Of a stretch of DNA of 64,000 nt, positions 50,899 through 63,260 are shown piece after piece. The notes under the pieces are model-generated. The model saw only the letters and a list, made by a program, of their open reading frames with translations. It was not told where the DNA came from and did not search any database. How positions within the stretch are numbered: the first letter of the stretch is position 1; each line of letters starts with the position of its first letter. Source of the stretch: Rhizodiscina lignyota (lineage: Eukaryota); assembly GCA_010015805.1 (NCBI GenBank), contig ML978130.1, forward strand, positions 186,001 through 250,000. Reading direction: 5' to 3'. Position numbers and translations under genes: made by a program.

Positions 50899-52959
50899 CT
50901 ACTGTCTCAACTCTTTCAATGCCTCCCCCACCCTCTCAACCGCTTCTCTAGCGAGTTTCCTATCCCTCACATCCTCACTCTCGACTACTCTCACCGTCTT
51001 CGCACTCTCCAGAACCCTAGCAATGCTGTCTTCGACACCCTTAAGACACACTCTCCCTTCTTCTCTCACATCACCCTCCCACTGCTCTCTTTTACCCTCC
51101 CATCGCCGCTGCAGCCTTCGCAGCGCCCAAACGCTGCCCAGAGCTGCGACGCTCGCAGCTTCAAGCACGCTAAATGAGGAGGAGAGCCAGAGGAGTGCGG
51201 AAAGCGCAGATGAGAGGGAGACGGTAGAGAGGGACTCGAGGAGGAGGCGCTGTGCTGTGGCCTGTAGTCCGGGGACGGTTTCGGATGAGAGCCTTTCACG
51301 GGCGTTGGAGATTTGTAACAATAGAATACCCTTTTCCTCTGGTAATGGCTTAGACACGCCTGCCTCTGCAGTAGACGCGGCCGATTGATCGTTGCGACCC
51401 TCGTCAACAGGCGGAGGGATGATCTTCGCTACATCGACGTCCGGAAGCAATCCTGCCTCTTCAATCCTGCCCATGAGCCACAATCCGCTCTTCTCGGCCT
51501 TCGGTAGCCACCTCCTCTCAAGCACCTCCTCTGCGACCATCGTGACATCGTCGACACGCCAGAGCAGCTTCCACCAGCCGATCTTATGCCAATTCTTGCT
51601 CGCAAACGCTTCGTCCAGGACATCTCTTAGCTCCGTGTGTGCCTTGCGTGACCAGTCTCTCAACGCTATTTCCAGGGTGTTGACTGTTGTTGGTGGTGTC
51701 GTTGACGAAAGACGTGCTGAGAGCTGTGCGGCTGTCGCGGCGTTGAGTGACGCAGACGCAGAAGAGGCAAGATGTGAAATCAAATCCCGTAGCACTGGTT
51801 TTAATGCCGAATTCCCAGTTGTCTCTTCCGCAGGCGCGCCATTGATCAGCCATTGGTGCAGAATCGGCACGCCGCTATGCAGCCATTTCCTCTCATACTC
51901 CGTCGCGAACTCCGTGCTCTTTCTGAACTTGTCGAGTGCATCGCCTGCCTTGCCTACATCTAGCGCCACTATCCCGTCCCGGAGTGCCTCCTCTTGCGTC
52001 TGCGGCACCTCAGAACCAGGCATGTCGACTGCAAAGCCCACCATCCCATCCTCTCCCTGAGAACCATTTCCTCCACCCATAAATCTTCCAAACGCGACAG
52101 AACTACCCAATCCTTCCCCCAACACAAGAGCCTTATGCACTGGATACCGCACCATTGTGACCATCCCACTTGCTCCAGCCTCCAGAGTGGGCACAAGCAG
52201 CGCATCGCTCGGCCTATCCATCTCATCCTGCGCCAATTGAACCGCCACATCCACACTAATCCCCGACACCAGAATCTCGATATTATGCCTCTTCAACAGC
52301 GTCGAGGGCACCGCGATCTCGGTGTACAGCTGGCTTCTACCGTGCAGCACGCCCGCGTCTTGCGCGCCCTCTTCACCGTACTTCAGCAGCACCGCACCAC
52401 TGTCTGTCCTAGCTATTCCATGCATGACTTCATCCTCCCACTTCCCTTTATCTGCCAGTGGATCCGCGAGCAGCGCCCTCGCCAATTTCCTCGCTGTGTC
52501 TTGCCGTCCGAGCCCTAGTATCGCGATGCGCACCACGGCACCGTCACCTTTAGGGGGTTCAAGACCCCGCAGCGCGAGAGACAATTGACTCAAGTTGACA
52601 TACTCCGGTGCTTTAGTCTTCAGATCCTCAAGTGCAGCATGCAGTTCGCGGAACTGCGGCGGAGTGGTCGACGGAGCATTGATCGCGTTCGTCGCCGCGG
52701 AGGTTGTAATCCTCGCGCTCCGCCATTGAGGGGTATAAGAATTCCTCGGACTCCATCGTTCGGAAAGGCGCCCAGGTGGTGTTGCATAGGATTTATTCGC
52801 GGACGATATTGGACGTCGCAAGGCACTCGTGGAGCTCCACTGCCTCCGCGCAGGGCGCGAGAGCCGCCAATGCGCGCATGAAGGGCAGAAGAAGAGCTCC
52901 GAGAAACTCTTCTCGAAGGATTGGAGCGATCGCAGCGGCACGCGGGGTCGTTGAGACAT
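50899..52959 (-). CDS. Mmc1-like conserved, probably mitochondrial protein
   Basis: Arg/Ser-rich presequence-like N-terminus from MSQRPRV; LLADPL, YPVHKAL, W..SG and WWKLLWRVDDV motifs; two C-terminal hydrophobic helices. Confidence 0.7.
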   Translation of the reverse strand: MSQRPRVPLRSLQSFEKSFSELFFCPSCAHWRLSRPARRQWSSTSALRRPISSANKSYATPPGRLSERWSPRNSYTPQWRSARITTSAATNAINAPSTTPPQFRELHAALEDLKTKAPEYVNLSQLSLALRGLEPPKGDGAVVRIAILGLGRQDTARKLARALLADPLADKGKWEDEVMHGIARTDSGAVLLKYGEEGAQDAGVLHGRSQLYTEIAVPSTLLKRHNIEILVSGISVDVAVQLAQDEMDRPSDALLVPTLEAGASGMVTMVRYPVHKALVLGEGLGSSVAFGRFMGGGNGSQGEDGMVGFAVDMPGSEVPQTQEEALRDGIVALDVGKAGDALDKFRKSTEFATEYERKWLHSGVPILHQWLINGAPAEETTGNSALKPVLRDLISHLASSASASLNAATAAQLSARLSSTTPPTTVNTLEIALRDWSRKAHTELRDVLDEAFASKNWHKIGWWKLLWRVDDVTMVAEEVLERRWLPKAEKSGLWLMGRIEEAGLLPDVDVAKIIPPPVDEGRNDQSAASTAEAGVSKPLPEEKGILLLQISNARERLSSETVPGLQATAQRLLLESLSTVSLSSALSALLWLSSSFSVLEAASVAALGSVWALRRLQRRWEGKREQWEGDVREEGRVCLKGVEDSIARVLESAKTVRVVESEDVRDRKLAREAVERVGEALKELRQ

Positions 52960-53467
52960 TCGGTTGTTGTCTTGAAGTTCGCAAGGTGGAGCTTGAGGTT
53001 TGCGGCGAAAATGCTTGGTTTTCGGCCGCCGAGAAGGCGGGCGGAGTGAGCTCATGCCCTCCATCACAAGCAATTTTATAGTAGCAATTTTTATGGACGC
53101 AGACAAAGTGCATGACCGTCAACATTACATTCATTTGAACTTTGAGCTTCCTATCGACGTGATTTTCCATGACGTCTAACGGATATCACAAACGATTCAC
53201 AAAGGAGAGAGAAGAAAAGAGTTTCCAGTTTCCCATCGACCTCGGATGCGCCGCCTGCCTATAGAAGACATGAGACGAGCATATATGCGACGAACCCGCT
53301 CGCACCATTTTTCCATTCCTTAAACTCGCAAATGGCAGTCCGCCACCAAAAGTTCACTCCTGTGAGACTCCTCATTCTGCCGTCAGATGCCCTCGCTACC
53401 TAAAGTAGTCTCAGCGGCTTCGTCACGAATAAATCGTTCTTCCCGGACTCGCTCGTGCTCGTTGGAG

Positions 53468-55426
53468 TTACCGCCTCCCCTTGCCGGCTCCTGAGGACCT
53501 GTACGATAAGGTTAGTATCGCAAACAGCCAGCAAACCGTGTAGTCTGAAGGAAACTCACATGCTGATTCTCCTCGCCACCGTTGCCAATCCCGTATCGTT
53601 CTCGGCCTCCTTGGTAGCCTTCTCAAGCGCCTTCTCTCTGCCCTCCTCGCTCATCTTCCTCACCTCATCCTGACTTGGCGGCAGCCTCTCATTCTGCAGA
53701 TCGACCTTCCTCGCGTCCTCAAAGCTATGGATCGCTTGCTTGATACCCTCCGCACCGAGCATGAGCGTACCGGCAGGTAAACGGCCACCGGAAGCAGTCT
53801 TGAGCTCCGTGACACGTTCCGATTCTTCACGCAGAACTTGGAAAACGCGAGACAGGCGGCCGATGGCGAGGATCTTGTTCTTGATGGCACGGCGCTTGAA
53901 CTCGGTGGATTCGGGGTCCATGTTGGAAAGAGGAGGGGACGAAGGACCAGAGGTGACGGATGAGGGGGTATCGTCTTCGAGCTCCTCCTTTGAGCAGGTG
54001 TTGAGAATGGCGATGAGCATGTCGGTAATCTTCTCGCCGACGAAGGGGAGAGACCAGGTGAAGACGTCCATGAAGTTGGGAAGCCAGTACGGGTGGGGTG
54101 TGCAGTCTGTTGCTATGTTAATAGATCTTCCTCTCAATGTGATTTTATCCAACATGTAACTTACTGAACTGCCTGATGTTCATGACATTGTTCTCGTACT
54201 TGAGCACTGCGGCCTTGTTGTTGTAGACATCGAGGTAATTCGGCGCACTGAAGATGGTCATGACGCTGGGGAATCCGGTCGTCCTCGTCTTGCGGTACAT
54301 GCGATAGCCGGCATCTTGGGCCTCGTGCGCGCGTATTATTGACAGGAGATTGTTCTTCTCGAGAAAAGCGCATGCCGCTGGATAAGAGAAAAAGTACGAG
54401 CAACCTCGGACATGGTTGTGGAGGAAGAACTCGTTCGTCTTCTCTTGTCCAAACTCCTCCAGCGGGTCGGCCCACAAGATATCGCACATTAAGCCCTGGG
54501 TGGGCGGCTCGCGGAAGCGGTTGATCTATGATTGGTCAGATCGTGTAAATCAGATTCTTCGGATACCTCACAGTCTTGATGTCTTCTAGAGTGTGGAGCT
54601 CCGGGCTAAGGCCGCCGTGAATGCACAAGAACTGCTTATTCATAACTGCTGCGAGGGGCAACGCGCAGAACGACTCCATGCACGCCTCGTAGATCTCCTC
54701 ACTGTACTTGTGCTTGCACTCGAGCTTGAAGGTGAAGTAGTCCGTCAAATGTCGGCATTCATGGTTGCCTCGAAGGAGCCAGAGAGTATTCGGGTACCAG
54801 ATCTTCAAGCACCAGATGTATAGAACGCACTGCAACATGTCAGCATTGCTTCGTGCGCACTGTTTGGTGCTCGTACCTCGATGCTGAAGTATCCACGGTC
54901 CACGTAATCTCCGAGGAACAGGTATCTCGTCTCTGCTGGATCGCCACCGACCTCGAAGAGCTTCATCAGGTCGTAATATTGACCATGAACATCTCCACAC
55001 ACCGTTATCGGCGCATCCATCTCCAACAGATTCGGCTCCGCGCGCAGCAACTCTGTTCCCTTGCGAATGATCCATAGCGCTTGTTCTTCCTTGAGTCGGC
55101 CTTCACGATAGAAATGCTGCTTGAGGAATTGGATGTTCGGCTTTGTTCGATCTTGTGGGGACCAAAACTGCTCGTCTGTGGGCGTGTTGAAGGCCGGGGC
55201 TTGCACATCTGATTTGTCATGCGGTTAGTGACGTTGTCCTTGTTTGAATAGAAGTAGACTCGTTGAAAATACCTTTGCATACTCGGTCGAGCGTGTTCAC
55301 TTGAGTGCCATCTTCCATGGTATGTAGGGTGAAGTCGATTTCAGGCACAGGCTTCTTTTCGTTGACCGCTCGAATCGCGGTGTCGAAATACTGCGACTGG
55401 TCAACGGGGGACTTAGCTCCCTCCAT
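53468..55426 (-). CDS. cnaA: Calcineurin (PP2B) catalytic subunit A; multi-exon
   Basis: PPP motifs GDVHGQ, GDYVDRG, LRGNHE; SAPNYL; CnB-binding helix [16 protein letters not shown]; calmodulin-binding [16 protein letters not shown]; autoinhibitory [16 protein letters not shown]. Confidence 0.98.
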
Positions 55427-55959
55427 TTTGAAGGTAAAGTGTTCAGGTCGTATGTGGCGTCAAGACTGAAGCTTGTTTCATGCGCTGAAGGTGCTGATTG
55501 TGTGATGTTCCAGGCGCGTCCTGAACTTGAGCTCCTTCAAGTGGCGGAGAGGGGCAGCAGGCGAGCTTGTCAAGGCTGGCACCAACGTCGAAACAGTTTT
55601 GGGTGAACGTAGTCAGTAGGATTCCAGGCGAGGGGTATAGAAATGTGGCAGGAGCTCGGGTCGGAAGTTCAATGACAATTCTGCGTGTGGCGTGCAAGAT
55701 GAAGGGGCGGAAAGCGATCGCGTATTTGCTCCAGGGGGTCGGTATTAGTGGGTGGAGGGGTCCAGACAGTCGCGACGAGCTGATACAGCACACGTGGTGG
55801 TGCCCAAGGCTCCAGGTAAGCTTGAGGAGAAGAGGTTGTTTGCGTGAAAATAAGTGTGTGGCGGGGCCTTAGGAACCATTCGAGTGATACTTGGGCAGCC
55901 TAAGTAGGCTGGTGCTGGTGGAGTACAATATGTGCGGCTGAGAATTAGCCGTGCTATGA

Positions 55960-56001
55960 TGCTCTACCTCGCGGCTATCTTGCTCTACCGCGCGGCTATC
56001 T
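55960..56001. repeat. 21-bp direct repeat x2 in the cnaA/Rid divergent intergenic region
   Basis: TGCTCTACCTCGCGGCTATCT TGCTCTACCGCGCGGCTATCT (1 mismatch). Confidence 0.85.
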
Positions 56002-56320
56002 TGGTCGTGTGCCTCCGCGGTGGGCTTGGAAGGAGTCTCCCATAATGGTGGTCTAGAATGGGAGCCATGAATTCTTCATATATGGCGAAAAGCCACCATG
56101 TCTAAGCTCAATCGCTGTTTTTGGTATGTGCCAGGGGAAGCGTCAACTTTGAGTTCTATTCGTGACCTCATGCATGATCAGTGACGGGCATTTGCCGTAA
56201 TCGGCTGTATGCTCGCGCTTTCCACATATCTCCATATCTATTTCTCAATTGATTCATCTCGGTCGAACATACATAATTCTCCAGCATTCCTCATAAACAA
56301 GAAAGCAAAGACAAGCAACA

Positions 56321-56764
56321 ATGTCTGGAAGGCAAGCCGTCTTCGCCGACAAAGCACCGAAGCCGAACGGCAACTACAGCCATGTCGTCCGTTCTGGTGA
56401 TAAGCTATTCGTCTGTGGTTTCATGGGAGACGACCCGGTAACCGGGAAGATCGTAGAAGGAGGCGTCGAGGCTCAAACAGTATGTTACAAAAGACGTTGG
56501 TTTATCACGTTATACGATACTGAAGCAAGCGGATAGAGACAAGCCATCGAGAATATCAAAGCTTGCGTTGAAGCTGCTGGCTCTTCGTTGGATAAAGTCC
56601 TCTCGAGGCGCTTGTACATGACCGAGAGGGCTGAATTTCGCACCGTTGATGCTATTTGGGCTTCGTACATGAAAGAGCCGTATCCTGTGTCCACGCTGAT
56701 TGGAGTTACTTGGTTGGCGAAGGAGGGAGCAGTAATAGAGATTGAAGTCGTTGCAGAAGCATAG
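56321..56764 (+). CDS. Rid (YjgF/YER057c/UK114) family protein; intron 56480-56536
   Basis: APKP.G.YSH, LFVCG, QT|RQAIENI, AGSSL, C-terminal IEIEVVA; ~128 aa. Confidence 0.9.
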
Positions 56765-57493
56765 AGATTTGAGATCACTTGTATGGGCCAATGATGTGGA
56801 TGCGAAGAATATCAGGGGAATGACTCTCTGTAAGAAATCGATAACCAGCGACTGAGATGGCAAAGGGGGTCGATTGAGCGGCCACCGAAGCCCAGAATGG
56901 AAAGAAATCGCCCCGAATTTGAGACAAATAACAGTGAAGGCAGCCTTCTACGATAGACATACGGATACATTCATTTCACTTGGCCTCTCGACAAATGATT
57001 GAAAGATGATATTCGCATGGAATCGTGAAGAAATCCAATGCAATCTCCGGGCGGCCCATCGACGCTGTCAACCCCAGGTTCCAACCCGCACTAGACCCTG
57101 GCGAGCTAGCGTTGCGAATGCAGGGCCAAAGTACGTGGGAGCTCCAGCCAGGCAGATGCTGATCACGAAAAATTTAGAGTCGAAAAAGGAACACCTTTCA
57201 CAAATTTCCGGATCACTGCGGCTTTTCGTCCTTTAAATTCGCTCTCACCTCCATCACTGCTTCCTCTCTCGAAGCCCACGCGACACGCTACGCACACCGC
57301 ACGTCATTACTTCGCGCCTCGACGCAATTACCTACCCTTGCCACAATTTTAGTGGGCGGCGCATATAGCTCCCTCCCAACAAACAACCCTTCACACAACG
57401 CGCTGCACGATTATTCGCGCTGCCGACGTCAACTGTTTTTGCGCCCTTGTCTCCTTTCTCAACAATATATAAACCCTCAGTCGAGTCGCAGCC

Positions 57494-58682
57494 ATGGGTT
57501 CCGACGCTACGCCGCAGAAACCCAGCGAGAACATCGACATGGTGACCTACGAGGAGCTCATCCAGCTCGAGTACGATTTTGACGACGTCGATTGTGAAAT
57601 CAGTGAGTCTCTTTAGCGCCACTTCAGATGTACAATGCATAAATGCTGACTCCCACAGCGCGCCAGCAGTACAAGCTCTCCACCAACCTCTATACGAAGC
57701 GCAACACTCTCACTTCCGCCATCCCCCACTTCTGGGCTCTCGTCCTCGAGCAAGCACCTACAGACATCGACCAATTCATCACTCCCTCTGACTCAAAGCT
57801 CATTGCAGAATGCTTGACCGGCATTGAGGTAACACGCCCGGAGATCATCGACCCAGCTGGCTCGCCGCGTACGGTACATATCAAGTTCACGTTCAGCGAG
57901 AACGAGTGGTTCGAAGATAAGGTGCTGGAAAAAACCTTCTACTTCCGGCGCGCGAGCGATACGTGGTCCGGCCTGGTGAGCGAGCCAGTCAAGATCAATT
58001 GGAAGAAGGGCAAGGACTTGACCAAGGGCCTGACGGATGCGGCGTACAATCTGTGGCAGAAGAAGGAGAAGCTGCATCTGAATGGCATAAATGGGGTCAA
58101 TGGCACCAATGGTGCTGCGAAGAAGCTGCCTGAGGAGACGACGCTTGAGAGGAAACTCGAAATTGCGGGCGAGGAATCGACGAGCTTCTTTACATTCTTC
58201 TCGTTTGTGAGCGAGAGGCGTTACGTCTCGGCGGAGGAGTCTGCTGCTGCAAACGCCGCACAGAAGGACCGTAGGGAGAGGAAGAAGAAGGGTGAGGAGG
58301 TCGAAGATGTCAAAATGGACGAGAGTGCCTTTGAGGAACAGGATCTTGAGGTGTGTCCCCACGGTGGAGAGGTGGCAATGGTGATAGCAGACGATATATG
58401 GCCAAACGCGATCAAGTACTTCAGTAAGTCTACAACGTTTCCTTGTCATTGCTGTAGAAACCGCTTTTTAGATGACGTTTGCTCACCCTCGTCATAGCCA
58501 CCGCGCAAGAGGACGATGATGACGACGACGACGAGTTCGAGGGCTTCGAGGACATGGAGGACAGTGATGAGGATGAGCGGGTGGATATCCGCAGCCTTGT
58601 GCAGGGTAAGCGCAAGGACAAAGCATCCAGCGTCAGCCCTGTTGGCATTGAAGCCCCTCCCCTGAAGACGCGGAAAACGTAG
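57494..58682 (+). CDS. Nucleosome assembly protein (NAP/SET/Vps75 family) histone chaperone; introns 57603-57658 and 58424-58497
   Basis: IPHFW, F.FSENEWF...L.K.F, PVKINWK.GKDL, SFF.FF, IADDIWPNAIKYF, acidic tail and basic NLS-like end. Confidence 0.88.
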
Positions 58683-59955
58683 TGATGTTTCCTTCTCGAA
58701 TTCACTTACTGCTTTCGTAGTTCATCATCGCCTCCGGAAGAGGCTTTCGTTCATTGAGTCGAAACTCTAATGGGTGGTGGAGAAGCGTCATGGTGGTGGG
58801 GATGATGTTTCGTGGTTCTAACCGCTCGATCAATGAGTTTCTCTCGCGAATGGGACTGGTAGCTGTTGCTGGGAATGGTCTCCTTTCCTGATACCCTTTG
58901 CTTCCAATGCTTCACTGTCACACTGTCCTGCATCTTTTAATGCCTTGTTCTCCTTATCGAGCTTTCTTCTCATTTCCCTGCGTGGAAATGTCTGCGCTCA
59001 CGTTCAGGCCCAACCGTATTTGTGTACATTAGCTTCCAGTCAAAAGTTGAACCGGGCTCGAGCTTAAGAATCCGACTGCTTTCTCACTCCAAATAAATTG
59101 TCATAAAGAACAGTTCGCTTTATGATCGTCGACGTGTTGCAAGATAGCAATGGTGAAGTGGACGCGAATGAGCATTCGGGACTATCCATGACCATTCTTG
59201 GCAACCTGCAGTCCACCACGTCGATGTCGGACCAAGGTGCATTAGCTCCGGCAGCCGTGGATCGCCGACTGCGTATATCAATTGCTTCGACCTCTACCGT
59301 GCTCCCTTGACACCCGTGGCCATGTGCATTTTTGCTCCGTTGGCATGTAAGTATTCGTATGCCTTGGCAGGGAAGACAGGTTCGTCACGCCGACTGCCGC
59401 CGATAAAATGTCAGAATGTCTCTCAACGCCTCCCCGAGAGCCGCTGCACTGTACAAGTGACGTCGGCGACCCTGAACTTTAAGGAATCCCAATCGCTGAC
59501 TCATCCCGTCGAGACCGAAGGGCTTGCAGAACCGTGCACAGCACGGAAATGCGATAGTACCAACCATACCGAACGACCCGAAGTAGAATTCAGCTCGTCT
59601 CGCGCGAGATGGGCATGATCCTGAGGAACCCATATATACGTCGTGGAGATGCCCTGTGGTCTCCTCACCATGGGCTGCTACATTCCAACCGCCACGACGG
59701 AATCTTGGGAGATCTCCCGCACGACATAATACCAAAGCGGTAATTCGTTGTCTAATTTCGTCCGCTTCAGTCGCTTGCTTCCCTCGGTACCTTTCATTTC
59801 TGGACACTCGAAAAACACGCTCGTCTCAATTGAAAGGCTACGGCCTGTAACACACGATAAACATGAGCGGCACAGCTTCTGCCGTGAGAGCGGCGATGCA
59901 TTTTCTCAACCTCGACAGGTTTGATCTTGATCATCACGCAGGAAGGATAACGACC

Positions 59956-61462
59956 ATGTCTTCCCAACAGGACGGCTCTACCAAGGGAGAGGAGGGTAGC
60001 GGCGACGATCATCCGGCTCCAGATTCTCAGCATCAAGCGCAATCTGAGAATGCACAGCATGCAGAGCCTGAGACGTCGAGCTGGATGCCGGGCCAGAGGA
60101 AACATCGCCACCTCCGCCATGGTGGACACCACGGGCATCATAAGCATCACCACCAGGGAGACAAGAGGGAACTTCCATACTGGCTCCGAGACCAGAAGTC
60201 AGTATGGCGAAAGCGCATTCAAAATTTCACGCCATCATGGGTAATGTCAATCCATTTCGTGTTTAGTGAATCAGTATTCTAATCAGAGGTTTCAGTTCGC
60301 TGTGGTAATGGGCACGGGAATCGTCTCCATCCTTCTCCACCAAAATCCGTACGCAACTGAGTGGCTCAAGATTATCAGCTATGTCGTCTTCATTCTCAAT
60401 ACCATCCTCTTCACCGCGTTCCTCATCATGTCGATCTTGAGATACACGCTCTACCCGAAGCTCTGGGGACTCATGCTTCGTCATCCGACGCAAAGCCTGT
60501 TTACCGGCACGTTTCCCATGGGTTTCGCGACGCTCATCAACATGTTCTCGTACGTCTGCGTGCATTGGGGCCATGGTGCGATCACTTTCGTCTGGGCGAT
60601 GTGGTGGATCGATGCAGTCATATCGCTTACAACTTGCCTCACTTTGCCCTTCCTAATGTAAGTTCAATAGCGGGCAATATTCTGATCATTGGGTGCTTAC
60701 ACTTCCCTCAGGATGCATGTGCACAAGTCCAACGACCTTTCCCGCGTCACTGCAGCATGGCTTCTCCCCGTCGTGGCTCCCATCGTCGCGGCAGCGTCCG
60801 CCGGCACCGTCGCAGCAATCCTCCCCAATCCCAACCACGCGTTATGGACCGTCATAGCCGGCTATATCCTCCTCGGCACCGGCTTGCCTCTCTCTGGGTG
60901 CTTGTTGACAATCTACTTACATCGTCTCTTCACGCACAAGCTGCCACCCCGTGAAGTCATCGTCTCCGTGTTCCTGCCGCTCGGTCCCTTCGGCCAGGGC
61001 GGCTTCGCCGCAATGCAGCTCGGCAAAGTCGCAATGAAGGTCTTTCCCGAGACGAATAGCCTCTCCCCCCAAGGTGGCGAGATCCTTTACGTCATCGGCT
61101 TCGTGTTCGCGCTGCTGCTCTGGGGCTTCGGCACCGTCTGGCTGTTTCTCGCGTTGGCGTCCATCTCGCGCTTCAAGAAGATCCCGTTCAACGTCTCCTG
61201 GTGGGCGAGCACTTTCCCGTGGGGTGTGTACACCGTCAGCACATACCAGATTGGCAATGAGCTGCCGAGCAAGTTTATGAAGATTCTGGGGATTGTGTTC
61301 TCCGGGTGCGTCATTCTGCTGTGGCTGATTGTGAGTTTCGCTACTGTGAAGAAGAGTTTCACGGGAGAGATGTTTTTCAGTCCGTGTGTTAATGAGGCGA
61401 AGGTGGAGCTGGAGAAGAGTGTGAACTACACGGAGGAGAAGAAAGATGAGGAGACTCAGTGA
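59956..61462 (+). CDS. TDT/SLAC1-family anion efflux transporter (Ssu1/Mae1-like); introns 60241-60295 and 60658-60711
   Basis: NFTPSW|FAVVMGTG, GTFPMG, WLLPVV.PIV, FLPLGP.GQ, WW..TFP.G motifs; ~10 TM helices. Confidence 0.92.
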
Positions 61463-62469
61463 AATCCTTTGTCTTTTGGCATAGCGCGGCGTTTTGATGA
61501 TTTAGATGGTTGCATGGCGAGAGCTCTGGTAATCCTGGTTTTTTGGTTTTTTTTTTGGCTTCTGGATGATCGTCTACTTCTTAACAAAGAGAGGGGTCTT
61601 CCAGTCTAAGCAATAGGCTACATCAATGAGTAGCGTTACCTCATCCTAGTAAATAGAAGCTCCTTCAACGGACGCATTCCGATCTCCTTGGGGCATGATA
61701 TCGACTTTATTTTGGCCAAGTCCGCGTGAGAAGAATACGGGGATCCAGCGAATAATCAAAGTAACCGTCCGTCAATAGGAATGACTAACATCTGATTGCT
61801 ATACGACTTAGAAATATTACCTCCATGGCTGTGCACTCACCTGATTCGACCGAATCAAAGAATAGGTAAACCCGCACATGAACTTCCAGAGGCGTAGACC
61901 AGGTAATGATTGCAGACGCAACGCACACGACGCATGCTTCGGTCACGCATTTCACTTCCCTCTTTGCGTTAGAGACCTCCGATCAGAACTGCATATCATT
62001 AAACAGTTTCTTTCTTATGATACATTAGCCTCTTCATCTCTTTCGCGACTCTGTAACTCTGCCGCCACACTGTCACAGGTCATTTAAGACTCACGGGAAC
62101 ACGATAGCAACAAGCGAGGCAGAAGAAAGGGCAGAGGGAAAGGCACATATGATCGTCGGACAGTGATGGTACACACGATCAGTCTAATCGGAAGACGACC
62201 AGGTGTGGTATCAGCACACGGCCCAACAAACAGTTGTGAGGGGTGCTCAGTGAGACGTCATGTAGGGATTTGAGCAATTATATATCAATTTGAGTGGTTT
62301 TAGGGCTGGGAAAATCTTACAGTAGTGTGTAAAAGCCCCTAGTCCCCTAGTTCTTTTAGTGCAGGCTCTCTATGATTCACAGTGTCGTTATTGTTATTAG
62401 GAGTGAACGCGTGCCGCAGTGATCACAATTCTCACGCTCAAATTGTACACAGTACACAAAACGAGAGGA

Positions 62470-63260
62470 TTATAGAACCAAGGCGCACAAAAATATGCCC
62501 ATTATTGAGAGCCCAAGAAATGCGGTCCCAATGACACGGCCTCCCTCTCCTGTCGATCCGCCACCACTACTCCCGCTATTGTCACTACTGTCGCTACTTC
62601 CTCCCGACGATGAATCTCCGCTCCCACTGGATCCACCCCCAGACGGAGTCGTAGTCGCACTTCCGCTACCGCCTGTAGTCGAGGAAGCCGCGCTCCCACC
62701 GCTCGAGGCTGCGCCAGAAGCCATCCCGTTGCAATTGTTCGTAGCAGCGCAACACTTCTGTTCCCAATCTAGGGCCTGGCCACCCCCAGATGCGCAGCTC
62801 GCACAGTCGTTGAACGCCTCGTTGAACGTGTTGCTGTATGTCACGTCGTACGCTGAGCCGCACATGCAAGATTCGAATGCGGAGGCGTCAGATGGGTCGC
62901 CGCAGCTGTCGACGATATCTGGTCAATGTCAGAAGAGATGTCGGGTTGACTGGGCAGAGGGGACTCTATACCGCCAAACTGAGAACAGGCAACGGTGCAA
63001 TCATGTGCTACGCTCTGACAATTCGAGCGGAATTTGTCAGGCGCGGAGCCGGTGCCTTCGCATTGAACACATGCAGCGTTGGAGGAGGAAAAGGTCGCGT
63101 CGTTGCAGACGCACGACATGTAGACGGAATGGTCGTCTTCGTCATGTTCGCAGGAGTCGAGGAGGTCATTGTAGTTTGAACAGGCGTCTGAGCAGTCGTC
63201 TGATTGAGACTTGGCAAGTGGACTTGAAAGGAGAAGGAACAGGAATGCAAATGAGATCAT
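62470..63260 (-). CDS. GPI-anchored Cys-rich cell-surface protein; intron 62971-62919
   Basis: Signal peptide MISFAFLFLLLSSPLAKS, two Cys-rich units, S/G/T linker, hydrophobic C-terminal GPI-type tail. Confidence 0.82.
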
